The position numbers and the translations under genes were made by a program. A stretch of 64,000 nucleotides of DNA, taken from NCBI GenBank assembly GCA_963801815.1, contig CAWDGJ010000006.1, forward strand, positions 64,001-128,000, given 5' to 3'. Under the pieces are notes generated by a model. The model searched no databases and had not been told where the DNA came from. It saw only the letters and a program-made list of their open reading frames with translations. This document shows positions 20,866-30,982 of the stretch, in pieces. This DNA comes from an uncultured Verrucomicrobiae bacterium (GTDB taxonomy: Bacteria > Verrucomicrobiota > Verrucomicrobiia > Chthoniobacterales > UBA10450). Numbering within the stretch: position 1 is the first letter of the stretch; the number at the start of each line of letters is the position of its first letter.

Positions 20866-22064
20866 ACCGTTTCGCCCTTTTACTAACAGTCATGCTCGTG
20901 GTCGACGCATCTGCGCGTCAACCAGTGCCGTTACCCTCGAGATCAACCATTGCGCAGAAAAAGGTTCGCGCACGTGATCTCGGCGTTCCGTTCGACGGCA
21001 CGCCTGGTCCATTGAATGCAATCACCGACGTTGCTGGCGTTGAAGTTGGCTATACGACGCTGATCAACGGGGAAGGCAAACTGGTTGTCGGCAAAGGGCC
21101 GGTGCGCACTGGCGTCACGGCGATCATTCCACGTGGACACGATTCATTAAACGATCCGGTTTATGCCGGCTTGTTCAGCTTAAATGGCAACGGCGAAATG
21201 ACCGGCACAAATTGGATCGAGGAAAGCGGTTTTCTCGAGGGCCCGGTTGTAATTACGAACACGCACAGCGTCGGTGTCGCGCGTGACGCCGTAATCGGGT
21301 GGCGAATCAAACATGGCGCTGCGGACGCGAGCGGATATTGGTGGAGCCTGCCGGTGGTCGCCGAGACGTGGGACGGCTGGCTAAACGACACCAACGGATT
21401 CCATGTGAAGCCCGAAGACGTTTTTCATGCGCTCGATTCCGCACACGGTGGCGCGATCGAGGAGGGAAGCGTTGGCGGCGGAACCGGAATGATTTGTTAC
21501 GAATTCAAAGGCGGCAGCGGAACTGCATCGCGTAAGATCGAGATCAAGGTCGGAAAAGATAAGCCCGCGCAGAGCTTCACTGTTGGCGTCTTTCTTCAGG
21601 CGAACTTTGGGCGGCGCGCTCTGCTGACAATCGCAGGCGTTCCGGTTGGAAAAGAAATTCCCGGCACAGTTTACGGTGAAGACACCGGTTCGTGCATTGC
21701 AGTTGTCGCGACGGATGCGCCGTTGTTGCCAAACCAATTGAAACGGCTCGCACGGCGCGTTTCGCTTGGGCTAGCGCGGACGGGAACGATTTCCGGAAAC
21801 GGTTCGGGGGATTTGTTCATCGCGTTTTCTACCGCGAACAAGGATTCATGGGCGCCGGACCAGGTCACGCATTCGGTCCAAACGATCCCGAACGATTTAA
21901 TGGACCCGATTTTCACGGGTGTCGTGCAAGCGACGGAAGAGGCGGTCGTCAACGCGTTGGTGGATAACCAAACCATGATCGGTGCAAACAATCATCGGGT
22001 GGAAGCGTTGCCGCATGATCGATTGCGCGAACTCTTGCAAAAATACAGTCGCATCACGCAGTGA
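20862..22064 (+). CDS. P1/S58 family peptidase (DmpA-like aminopeptidase)
   Basis: NAITDVAGVEVG, NGNGEMTG, EGSVGGGTGM, GNGSGD. Confidence 0.9.
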   Translation: MNRFALLLTVMLVVDASARQPVPLPSRSTIAQKKVRARDLGVPFDGTPGPLNAITDVAGVEVGYTTLINGEGKLVVGKGPVRTGVTAIIPRGHDSLNDPVYAGLFSLNGNGEMTGTNWIEESGFLEGPVVITNTHSVGVARDAVIGWRIKHGAADASGYWWSLPVVAETWDGWLNDTNGFHVKPEDVFHALDSAHGGAIEEGSVGGGTGMICYEFKGGSGTASRKIEIKVGKDKPAQSFTVGVFLQANFGRRALLTIAGVPVGKEIPGTVYGEDTGSCIAVVATDAPLLPNQLKRLARRVSLGLARTGTISGNGSGDLFIAFSTANKDSWAPDQVTHSVQTIPNDLMDPIFTGVVQATEEAVVNALVDNQTMIGANNHRVEALPHDRLRELLQKYSRITQ

Positions 22065-22432
22065 TAAGTTTCGAAGCGAACGTTCCGAAGAAACTACTCG
22101 AGATCCGTTACGGCGGCGTGGTCAGGGGCGAGGACTGCGAAAAAGGTCTGGAACAACTGCGCGCCGCCCTCGACCAGCTTGAAACCGGTTTTCGCGTTCT
22201 GGTCGATCTGACCGGGCTCGAGTTGATGGATGTGAAATGCGCGCCGTTTATCGAGAGGGCAATGGATCTCTGCAACGAACATGGCGCGTCGACAGTTGTA
22301 AGAGTCGTTCCCGACCCGCATCGCGATATCGGGATGACGATCATGTCGATCTTTCACTATCGCGGCGACGTGAGGATCGTCACCTGTCAGAGCATGGCTG
22401 AGGCGGACAAGATTCTTTCCGCGGAGACCTAG
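22061..22432 (+). CDS. Hypothetical protein (SpoIIAA/STAS-like fold possible)
   Basis: Overlaps the upstream stop (GTGA); plausible alpha/beta composition. Confidence 0.6.
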   Translation: MISFEANVPKKLLEIRYGGVVRGEDCEKGLEQLRAALDQLETGFRVLVDLTGLELMDVKCAPFIERAMDLCNEHGASTVVRVVPDPHRDIGMTIMSIFHYRGDVRIVTCQSMAEADKILSAET

Positions 22433-22662
22433 CATGACCCGGCATGGTCGTGACAGCGGAACTTAATACGATCAAACGCCGCGAATGAGCGCGCATTTTT
22501 GGTGCGAATTCTGCTATTAAATTCGCCGTGGCGCTTGCGATTTCCCCGCTCAAATCAGCGCCCGGACTTCTCCTGACTGGCGAAGCAACCGCGCCCTAAG
22601 AAACCTTGTAACCTGTGAGGAAATTGTTCGGTCATACCTCCGATGATTTGTCGGGCGCACTC

Positions 22663-25197
22663 ATGAAAAGGTCGAGGAGAAACCTTGGTCGATTAGGCGC
22701 CTTCGTTGTGATTGCGCTTGTTGTGATCGCTTCTCCCAGCCACCCGACCTTCGCGAAAAAAAACAAACCAACTCCGACCCCTACTCCCACGGCCACGCCG
22801 ACACCAACTCCAATCGTATCGCCGACGCCCACTCCAAGTCCCAGTCCAGGCTCGGCGGTGATCGTAACTCCTGCACCGGGATCAACCTTTTCTAGTTCAA
22901 CCGTTACTTTCCAATGGACGGCTGGCAGCGCCACCGCTTACATATTAACACTCGGTAGCAACATAAGAGGCATCGACATTTACTCCTCGAATGTCGTGCA
23001 AGTCACCTCAGTCACGGTCGGCAATATTCCCACCGACGGCCGGACGGTATATGCGACGCTTTACTCCCAGGTGAACAATACCTGGGTAAGTAACACCTAC
23101 ACCTACACGGCTTCGAACGGGTCTTCGTCACCAACCCCAACTCCTACGTCGACCCCAAGTCCGACAGTAACCCCGACTCCAACCGCAACACCAACCCCTA
23201 CGTCGACTCCAACTCCAACAGTCACCCCCACGGCCACTCCGATTCCGACAGCCACTCCTACGGCGACGCCCACTCCAAGTTCCACTCCGAACTCGGCAGT
23301 GATCCTAGTTCCTGCACCGGGCTCAACCTTTTCTGGTTCAACCGTGACGTTTCAGTGGACCGCCGGTGGCGCCACCGCTTACATATTAACGCTCGGTAGC
23401 ACCTTGAGAGGCATCGACATTTACTCCTCGAACGTGGTGCAAGTCACGTCAGTCACGGTTGGCAATATTCCTACCGACGGTCGGACGATATACGCGTCGC
23501 TTTACTCTCAGGTGAACAATTCCTGGGTAAGTAACACTTACACATACACGGCTTCAAAGGGGTCTTCGTCACCAACCCCAACTCCTACTTCGACTCCAAG
23601 TCCGACAGTAACCCCCACACCGACACCAACGGCGACTCCCACGGTGACGCCGTCTCCAACGCCGACCGGCACCCCCAGCTCTGGTGACGCTGCCCGTTTG
23701 CTGACTCAATCAACGTTCGGGCCCACGTCTCCGTTGATCACCCAGGTTCAACAGATTGGTTTCACTAATTTTCTCAATTCGCAATTTTCCATGCCCGCGA
23801 CGCGGACTGGACCGCGGGTCGACGCTGCGATCGCGGCATTGTCGACCGGGACTGACCCATCCTATTCGCTTTTTCAAGAAGCTTGGTGGTACACCGTGGT
23901 GAAGGCGCCCGATCAATTGCGGCAGCGCGTAGCCCTGGCGCTGAGCGAGATCATGGTGATCTCTGCCAACGGCAACGACATGTATCAGTACCCCGAGGCG
24001 TTGGCGACGTACTGGGACGTCTTAACGCAGGACGCATTTGGAAATTTCCGCCAGCTTCTCGAAGACGTGACGCTGAATCCGGGGATGGGCGATTTCCTCG
24101 ACATGGTCCATAACGACAAACCGAATTCGTACCGCAACACCGAGCCCAACGAAAACTACGCGCGCGAGATCATGCAGCTGTTCACGATCGGTCTTTACAA
24201 GTTGAACCAGGACGGGTCGCAGCAGCTCGATGGAAGCGGCCAACCGATCCCCACTTACGATCAGGATGTCGTGGAAGGTTACGCCCACATTTTTACCGGC
24301 TGGTATTGGTATCAAACTGGCACGCCGACGTGGTCGTACGTGTCGCCGGAATATCGCCATCCGATGATGGCGTTTGCAAGCCATCACGATACCGGCGCAA
24401 AACTAGTTTTGAATGGCGTGACGTTGCCCGCCGGCCAAACGCAAGCACAAGATCTGCAAATGGGCCTCGATGCAATCTTCAATCATCCAAATGTCGGCCC
24501 GTTTATCGCGCAACGCTTGATTCAGCGTCTGGTCACCAGCAATCCGTCTCCCGGTTACATTTCGCGTGTTGCCGGAGTGTTCGCGAACAATGGCAAGGGC
24601 GTTCGGGGTGACATGAAAGCAGTCGTGCAAGCGATCCTCCTTGATCCGGAAGCTCGCACGTCGACGGCCAGCAATAGTTATGGGCACGAACGAGAGCCGC
24701 TGGTTCGCCTGGCAAATGTTTACCGGGCGTTCAATGCGTCCGCTTCGAGTGGAAAGTTTGTGGTAAACAACGTGGACTTTAGTTTCGGCCAGGCGCCACT
24801 CTATGCGCCTAGCGTTTTCAATTTCTTTTCGCCGTTCTATTCGCAAGTCGGAGCGATCGAGAATGGAGGACTGGTTGCTCCTGAATTTCAAATAACCACC
24901 GACAGCTCGGTCATTACTTCTGCGAATAAAGCGCGGAGCGAAGTTTATCGGCAACCAAATCCGAGCAATCCAGACACGATCGTTCTCGACCTTTCGGCGC
25001 AGATCGCCCTTGCCTCGAACCCGGCGTCCCTGGTCGATTCGCTCAATGTTCTGCTGATGAGCGGACAGATGTCCTCGAATATGCGCTCGATTGTGATTAA
25101 CGCTGTGAGTCAAATTTCGTCCGCGAACACGCTGGAACGCGCACAAACCGCAGTTCATTTAATCGTCACTTCACCGGAGTTCGTCATCGAAAAATAG
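22663..25197 (+). CDS. DUF1800-family protein with duplicated N-terminal beta domains and PT linkers
   Basis: AARLLTQSTFGP, DQLRQRVALALSEI, PNENYAREIMQLFTIGL. Confidence 0.9.
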   Translation: MKRSRRNLGRLGAFVVIALVVIASPSHPTFAKKNKPTPTPTPTATPTPTPIVSPTPTPSPSPGSAVIVTPAPGSTFSSSTVTFQWTAGSATAYILTLGSNIRGIDIYSSNVVQVTSVTVGNIPTDGRTVYATLYSQVNNTWVSNTYTYTASNGSSSPTPTPTSTPSPTVTPTPTATPTPTSTPTPTVTPTATPIPTATPTATPTPSSTPNSAVILVPAPGSTFSGSTVTFQWTAGGATAYILTLGSTLRGIDIYSSNVVQVTSVTVGNIPTDGRTIYASLYSQVNNSWVSNTYTYTASKGSSSPTPTPTSTPSPTVTPTPTPTATPTVTPSPTPTGTPSSGDAARLLTQSTFGPTSPLITQVQQIGFTNFLNSQFSMPATRTGPRVDAAIAALSTGTDPSYSLFQEAWWYTVVKAPDQLRQRVALALSEIMVISANGNDMYQYPEALATYWDVLTQDAFGNFRQLLEDVTLNPGMGDFLDMVHNDKPNSYRNTEPNENYAREIMQLFTIGLYKLNQDGSQQLDGSGQPIPTYDQDVVEGYAHIFTGWYWYQTGTPTWSYVSPEYRHPMMAFASHHDTGAKLVLNGVTLPAGQTQAQDLQMGLDAIFNHPNVGPFIAQRLIQRLVTSNPSPGYISRVAGVFANNGKGVRGDMKAVVQAILLDPEARTSTASNSYGHEREPLVRLANVYRAFNASASSGKFVVNNVDFSFGQAPLYAPSVFNFFSPFYSQVGAIENGGLVAPEFQITTDSSVITSANKARSEVYRQPNPSNPDTIVLDLSAQIALASNPASLVDSLNVLLMSGQMSSNMRSIVINAVSQISSANTLERAQTAVHLIVTSPEFVIEK

Positions 25198-25199
25198 CC

Positions 25200-26603
25200 A
25201 TGGAAATTTCACGACGCCGATTTATTCGCCAGGCGGCTTGTGCCGCTCTCGGCACCAGTTCAATTGCATCGACGGTTTGGAATTTGCGTGCGATCAATGC
25301 CGCAACCGCGCAGGCCATCAGTTCGACAGCCTCCGGCCCCGAGTTTCGCGCGCTAGTGTGTCTTTTCCTTTACGGCGGAAACGACGCCAACAACATGGTC
25401 GTCCCCATCGACGATGCGACCTACAACGTCTACGCGAATGCGCGCGGACCGATCGCCCTCGCCCAAAGCTCGTTGTTGCCGCTCAATCTGGTCACGCCGG
25501 ACCCGCAAGGGCGCAGTTTCGGAATCCATCCCAACATGCCGGAGTTGCAGTCGCTCTTTAATACAGATCGCAAACTGGCGATCATGGCCAACGTTGGCAC
25601 GTTGGTGGAGCCGACGACCGCCGCGCAGTACTTGAGCGGCTCCGCTAAGCTTCCGACCCAGCTCTTTTCGCACGCCGATCAACAAGTCGAATGGCAAACT
25701 GGCTGGGCGGACGGCCCACGAGCGACCGGCTGGGGTGGGCGGCTCGCCGACCTCCTGACTTCGTTCAACAACCTCGACACCATTTCGATGTCGATCTCGC
25801 TCTCAGGCTCGAACACGTTCCAGGTCGGCAATCAGGTCAGCGAATATCAGGTTTCGAATCAGGGACCTATCGGTCTTACCGGCTTTGGAAGTAAGGACGG
25901 GCAGATCCGTTACCAGGCGGTGCAGGATTTGTTGAACCTGCCGCACCAAAATCTTTTCGAAGCCGAGTTTGCCAGGATTACCAACCGGGCGATCACCAAC
26001 AACGCGCTCCTCACAACCGCGCTAACAGGCGTGACGTTGAATACGCCGTTTCCCGCGAGTTCGGATTTGAGTGATCAATTACAAATGATCGCGAAGATCA
26101 TTGCCGTTCGTGACGCGCTCGGCATGCGCCGCCAAATTTATTTCTGCTCCGTCGGCGGCTACGACACTCACAATGACGAGCTCGCGACTCAAAACAATCT
26201 TCTCACTGAGCTGAGCCAGTGCATGAACGCATTTTATCAGGCGACCAAGGAGCTTGGCATTGCCGATCGCGTCACGCTGTTCACCGCTTCCGATTTCAGC
26301 CGCACGTTTCAGTCAAACGGCGGCGGCTCGGATCACGCCTGGGGGAGCCACGCATTGATTCTCGGCGATTCGGTGAAGGGCGGCGATATTTACGGTGCCT
26401 ACCCGACAGTCGCAATCGATGGACCGGACGATATCGGCGAAGGTCGCTGGGTGCCGACGACCTCAGTCGATGAATATTCATCCACGCTCGCGAAGTGGTA
26501 CGGCGTCTCGAGTCCGACCGATCTCGCCACCGTGCTGCCGAACATTGGTCGCTTCGCGAATCCAGATATCGGGTTCATGAATCAGCTTCCGCCACCAAGC
26601 TAG
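25200..26603 (+). CDS. DUF1501-family Tat-exported protein
   Basis: SRRRFI Tat motif, LVCLFLYGGNDANN, GGYDTH, GSDHAWG. Confidence 0.9.
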   Translation: MEISRRRFIRQAACAALGTSSIASTVWNLRAINAATAQAISSTASGPEFRALVCLFLYGGNDANNMVVPIDDATYNVYANARGPIALAQSSLLPLNLVTPDPQGRSFGIHPNMPELQSLFNTDRKLAIMANVGTLVEPTTAAQYLSGSAKLPTQLFSHADQQVEWQTGWADGPRATGWGGRLADLLTSFNNLDTISMSISLSGSNTFQVGNQVSEYQVSNQGPIGLTGFGSKDGQIRYQAVQDLLNLPHQNLFEAEFARITNRAITNNALLTTALTGVTLNTPFPASSDLSDQLQMIAKIIAVRDALGMRRQIYFCSVGGYDTHNDELATQNNLLTELSQCMNAFYQATKELGIADRVTLFTASDFSRTFQSNGGGSDHAWGSHALILGDSVKGGDIYGAYPTVAIDGPDDIGEGRWVPTTSVDEYSSTLAKWYGVSSPTDLATVLPNIGRFANPDIGFMNQLPPPS

Positions 26604-26662
26604 TTTGATCTGGGGAGCGCACGCGCCTCGCGTGCTGTTCGCGGCGCCTCGCCGCGAATGAC

Positions 26663-27568
26663 TTACTTCTCCGCCGCCCGATATACCAGGAATGCGGCAG
26701 CGATGTCTTCGACTGCCATGCCTAACGACTTGAAGACCGTCGTGTCGTTCGCACGCGAGGGAACTTTTCCGGCCAACGCTTCGCCGAGTTCGGCGTAGAT
26801 CTTCCCGCCGGAAAGGATCACGTCGCCGGATTCCTTCATTGCTGCTTCGCGCGAATCGACAAAGAGAACGCTGTTTCGGATCGCGTCGTCATCGAGTTCG
26901 CGCCAATCGTGCCGGCAGGCACCGACCGCGTTCACGTGACAGCCATGTTTTAGCCATGCGCCGCGCAAGACCGGCGTCTTCGAACTTGTGACCGTGACGA
27001 TGACGTCGGCTCCGCGCACCGCATCTTCCGCTGATGTTACTTTCGCGCCAATCTCATCGGAAAAGGTTTCTGCATTCGATTTCGTCTGGCTCCAAACGCG
27101 GACCTCTCTGAAATTCCTGACGAGCCGCAATGCTTCAAAATGACTGCGCGCCTGAACGCCGCTGCCAAGAATTGCCAGCACCGCGGCGTCTTTCGGCGCG
27201 AGCAGTTTCGTCGCCGCCGCGGAGACTGCCGCAGTTCGCATCTCTGTGATCAATCGCCCATCCATTACTGCTAGGGGCGCGCCGGTCCGCGGATCGTTGA
27301 GAATGATTAACGCCATGTGGGTGGGAATTCCTTTGGCGGCGTTCGGCGGATAGAACGTGACAATTTTCTGCCCGAGGCCGTCCGGCGTCAGAGCCGGCAT
27401 GATTCCATAAAATCCGCCGGGCGGATCGACGGAAATCACTTGCCGGACCGGCTGCGTCACTTTTCCGGCCGAGAAATCGATCAGCGCTTTCTCCATCACT
27501 GGAATCAAATCCGCCATGCGCAAGTGTCGTCGGACCTGGTCCTCGTCGAGAAAGATCGGCGGATTCAT
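26663..27568 (-). CDS. Ornithine cyclodeaminase / mu-crystallin family
   Basis: ITEMRTAAVS, GSGVQA, FKSLGMAVED. Confidence 0.9.
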   Translation of the reverse strand: MNPPIFLDEDQVRRHLRMADLIPVMEKALIDFSAGKVTQPVRQVISVDPPGGFYGIMPALTPDGLGQKIVTFYPPNAAKGIPTHMALIILNDPRTGAPLAVMDGRLITEMRTAAVSAAATKLLAPKDAAVLAILGSGVQARSHFEALRLVRNFREVRVWSQTKSNAETFSDEIGAKVTSAEDAVRGADVIVTVTSSKTPVLRGAWLKHGCHVNAVGACRHDWRELDDDAIRNSVLFVDSREAAMKESGDVILSGGKIYAELGEALAGKVPSRANDTTVFKSLGMAVEDIAAAFLVYRAAEK

Positions 27569-27661
27569 CAGGAATATGGGGTTTGATCGGGAATTTGAAT
27601 CTAACCGGGCGCGGGGAACAAGATTAGCTTTACCCGGAGCCAATTTAGAGGAATTCTTCTC

Positions 27662-28075
27662 ATGAATATGTTTTCAACTCGCAAGTCTGAACCGCCCCCT
27701 TTAACGCCGTCGCCTCAACCGGCGCGGTCGAACGGAGCATCGTCTCCAACAACCGCGGCGGGGGGATTGCTCTCACGCGGAGTTTCCATCAAGGGCACGG
27801 TCAAATTCACGAACGAGCTCCTGATCGATGGTGAAGTCGAAGGCACGATCGACTCGACCGGATCGCTGACCATCGGCGAGCACGCGTCGATTAAAGGCGA
27901 AATCAAATCGAAATCGGTGAAAGTGCGCGGAACGGTCCAGGGCGACATCTTTGCCACCGAACGCTGCGAGCTTCAGGCCGGTTGCACTTTGCAGGGCGAC
28001 ATCGAAGCGCCGCGATTGGTCGTTGATGAGAACGCCACGTTCCTCGGGAGCGCCAAGGTTACGCCGAAAAGCTGA
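27662..28075 (+). CDS. Bactofilin (polymer-forming cytoskeletal protein)
   Basis: IKGTV...IDGEVEGTI...LTIGEHASIKGEI beta-helix repeats. Confidence 0.9.
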   Translation: MNMFSTRKSEPPPLTPSPQPARSNGASSPTTAAGGLLSRGVSIKGTVKFTNELLIDGEVEGTIDSTGSLTIGEHASIKGEIKSKSVKVRGTVQGDIFATERCELQAGCTLQGDIEAPRLVVDENATFLGSAKVTPKS

Positions 28076-28180
28076 GGCTACTTTTCTCTGAATCGCGAAT
28101 TACGCGGATACCCGTAAGAAGTTCGCCCAAACCGATAGTCTGACGTTGGTCTTATTTTTCCCGGATTCCTGCTTTCCTGA

Positions 28181-28390
28181 TTAATCGGACTCTTGCTCCA
28201 ATTCGTCGCGCAATTTTCGGTTTAATTCCTGCCGAGCCGCCTTCTTGATCGCGCGCCGCTCGTCCGTTACTGCCTGCTTCTCGCGTTGGCGATCTTTGCG
28301 CGACCGCTGATCAACGTCCGCCGGCAAATGCGAAAGCTTCGGCCGATTCGCGCCGACTTTCCGCTCGTTCGGTTTTGCGTAAGGGTCCAT
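28181..28390 (-). CDS. Small hypothetical protein
   Basis: ATG with AGGAAGAG upstream; charged helical sequence. Confidence 0.55.
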   Translation of the reverse strand: MDPYAKPNERKVGANRPKLSHLPADVDQRSRKDRQREKQAVTDERRAIKKAARQELNRKLRDELEQESD

Positions 28391-28466
28391 CTCTTCCTCT
28401 TGATCAGTCTGACGGCCGGAACAATTTATTCGGCAAGCGGGGCGCTTATTCTACAATAACAAGCAC

Positions 28467-29414
28467 ATGTCACTCGATTTCGGTCAAATTCGCGCGGCTC
28501 ATGAGCGGATCCGGCAGTACATTCATCGGACGCCGGTCCTGACCAGTTCACGTTTGGATGAGGCGAGCCGGGCGAAGTTATTTTTCAAGTGCGAAAACTT
28601 TCAAAAGATCGGCGCGTTTAAGGCCCGTGGCGCGACCAACGCGGTCTTTTCGCTCGATGATGCGACGGCGAAGCGGGGAGTGGCGACCCATTCGTCGGGA
28701 AATCATGGAACCGCACTGGCCCGGGCGGCGAAGCTTCGCGGGATTCCGGCGCACATCGTGATGCCGAAGAATTCGGCGAAAGTGAAAGTGCGCGCGGTCG
28801 AACGTTACGGCGCGCACGTCATTTTCTGCGAACCGAACGACGCGGCCCGCGAAGCCGCGTGTGCGGACGTGATCGCGAAGACAGGCGCGACGCTGATTCA
28901 CTCGTTTGAAAACCAGCACGTGATGGCGGGACAGGGGACCGCGGCGATTGAATTACTCGAAGACGCTGATGTCGATCTGGTGGTGTGTCCGGTTGGCGGC
29001 GGCGGGTTGTTATCCGGAACCGCGGTCGCGGCGAAATCGATGCGACCGAACATCAAAGTGGTCGCCGTCGAACCCGCGAATGCCGACGACACGGCGCAAT
29101 CTTTTCGCGCCCATAAACGAATTGTTACGGAAAAGAAGTTCACGATCGCCGACGGCCTGCGGACAAATGTCGGCGAACAAACGTTTCCGATTATCCAACG
29201 TTACGTCGACGATGTCGTCACTGTGAGTGAAGAAGCGATTGTCTCCGCGATGCGCACAATTTGGGAGACAATGAAGATCATCATCGAACCGTCGGCGGCC
29301 GTTCCCTACGCGGCGATTGCCGAACACAAGATCGACATCGCGGGCAAGCGCGCCGGAATAATTTTCACCGGTGGCAACGTCGATCTCGACGCACTGCCGT
29401 GGGCGGCAAAGTAA
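28467..29414 (+). CDS. PLP-dependent serine racemase / threonine dehydratase family
   Basis: KCENFQKIGAFKARGA, SSGNHG, PVGGGGL, TGGNVD. Confidence 0.9.
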   Translation: MSLDFGQIRAAHERIRQYIHRTPVLTSSRLDEASRAKLFFKCENFQKIGAFKARGATNAVFSLDDATAKRGVATHSSGNHGTALARAAKLRGIPAHIVMPKNSAKVKVRAVERYGAHVIFCEPNDAAREAACADVIAKTGATLIHSFENQHVMAGQGTAAIELLEDADVDLVVCPVGGGGLLSGTAVAAKSMRPNIKVVAVEPANADDTAQSFRAHKRIVTEKKFTIADGLRTNVGEQTFPIIQRYVDDVVTVSEEAIVSAMRTIWETMKIIIEPSAAVPYAAIAEHKIDIAGKRAGIIFTGGNVDLDALPWAAK

Positions 29415-29439
29415 AAATTAAGAAGTAAGAATTAAGAAG

Positions 29440-29877
29440 TTACTTAAGCGTAATCTCGCGCATCGTTTTGGTGCCGAGAATTTCGCGGATGTCGAGACGC
29501 TTCACGGCCATGTCCTTTCGCTGGTCGGCCGAACCCATCACCTTCTCTTGGATTGGGTCCATTTTGTCCCGAAAATGATCGAACGCCGCCATGTTCGGAT
29601 ATTCAACCAGAATGAGAATATTGAAGTCATGGGGATCGGACGCTTCGCCGGTCAGAATTTTGTAATCGAGGACGAGCTTTTGCTTTTTCAATTCCTCGTA
29701 GACTGGTTTTACTGTGCCGCTGATCTGTTTGAAGTATTCATCTGCGAGTCCCGTCTTGGTTTTGATCATGGACAAGACCCAAACTGGTCCTTCGTTGTAA
29801 GGTGCGTTGCTTTGCGCGACGCAAAGACCGGACAAACCGAAGGTTAATGCAATAGTGGCGAGGATTGATATTTTCAT
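29440..29877 (-). CDS. Secreted hypothetical protein
   Basis: Signal peptide, 145 aa ORF. Confidence 0.7.
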   Translation of the reverse strand: MKISILATIALTFGLSGLCVAQSNAPYNEGPVWVLSMIKTKTGLADEYFKQISGTVKPVYEELKKQKLVLDYKILTGEASDPHDFNILILVEYPNMAAFDHFRDKMDPIQEKVMGSADQRKDMAVKRLDIREILGTKTMREITLK

Positions 29878-29947
29878 GGGGCGACAGCTTGAGGGGTTGT
29901 CGGTTGCGTTGAACAGGATTTAATTCAGTTTCAGGAGCCTATTTATT

Positions 29948-30970
29948 ATGAAGAACAAAGTTTTGCTCGCACTTGGAGTAATCACAGTCGCATTCGGCAT
30001 CGCGGAGGCGCAAGCGAACCCGGCGATGATGAAGGCCGTCGTCGTGAACGAATTCGGCGGCCCGGAAGTTTTGAAATATCAAGACGCGCCGAAGCCGGAA
30101 CCAAAGAGTGACGAAATTCTGGTTCGGGTGATGGCTGCAGCGGTGAATCCGGTCGACACCTACGTACGGCAAGGAAAGTTATCCAGGGGCGGCGGCATTG
30201 GCGGCCCTATGATCATTGGCTACGACATCGCCGGCATCGTCGAGAAAACCGGTGCAGACGCGAAGAAGTTCAAAGCTGGCGATCAGGTTTACTGTTATCT
30301 CTCAGTCATGCGCGGCGGCGGTTACGCCGAATACGCTGTTGCGAAAGAATCCGAGACCGCGCTCAAACCTAAGAACATCAATTTCGTCGAAGCGGCCGCC
30401 GTTCCGTTGGCTGCAACAACCGCGTGGCAGGCGCTTATTGACACAGCGAAGATCGACAAGGGGCAAACGGTCCTGATTCACGGTGGCTCGGGCGGCGTCG
30501 GTAGTTTCGCGATCCAAATTGCGAAGGCACGCGGCACGAAGGTGATTGCGACGGCCTCAACGGCGCACCAGGAGTTGCTTAAGCAGCTGGGAGTCGATCA
30601 GGCGATCGATTACACGACCACGAAATTCGAGGACGTGGTGAAAGATGTGGATGTTGTTCTCAATTGCGTTCGCGCCGATGCGCTTGGTCGTTCCTATGGC
30701 GTGGTGAAAAAAGGCGGCATCATTGTCTCGATCACGGATGAGCCTGATCAAAATGAATGTACCAAACATGGAATCCGCGGCACTCGAATGGGCGCACATC
30801 CGGATTCGAAGGTCCTCAACGAGCTCACGACACTGATCGAGGCGGGAAAGATGAAATCGATCGTTTCACAGACTTTCCCTTTAGCCGACGCCAGCAAAGC
30901 TCACCAGCAAGTCGAGACCCATCACACGCTCGGCAAAGTTGTTTTGAAGGTCGCGGATGAAAATAAATAG
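29948..30970 (+). CDS. NADP-dependent oxidoreductase (MDR/quinone oxidoreductase family)
   Basis: FGGPEVL, VNPVD, IHGGSGGVGSFAIQIAK. Confidence 0.9.
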   Translation: MKNKVLLALGVITVAFGIAEAQANPAMMKAVVVNEFGGPEVLKYQDAPKPEPKSDEILVRVMAAAVNPVDTYVRQGKLSRGGGIGGPMIIGYDIAGIVEKTGADAKKFKAGDQVYCYLSVMRGGGYAEYAVAKESETALKPKNINFVEAAAVPLAATTAWQALIDTAKIDKGQTVLIHGGSGGVGSFAIQIAKARGTKVIATASTAHQELLKQLGVDQAIDYTTTKFEDVVKDVDVVLNCVRADALGRSYGVVKKGGIIVSITDEPDQNECTKHGIRGTRMGAHPDSKVLNELTTLIEAGKMKSIVSQTFPLADASKAHQQVETHHTLGKVVLKVADENK

Positions 30971-30982
30971 CCGAACTAAATT

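Noticed and set aside
22780..23680. ACNCCN-rich tracts as a DNA repeat array
   Set aside because: They encode Pro/Thr linkers with free third-position variation.
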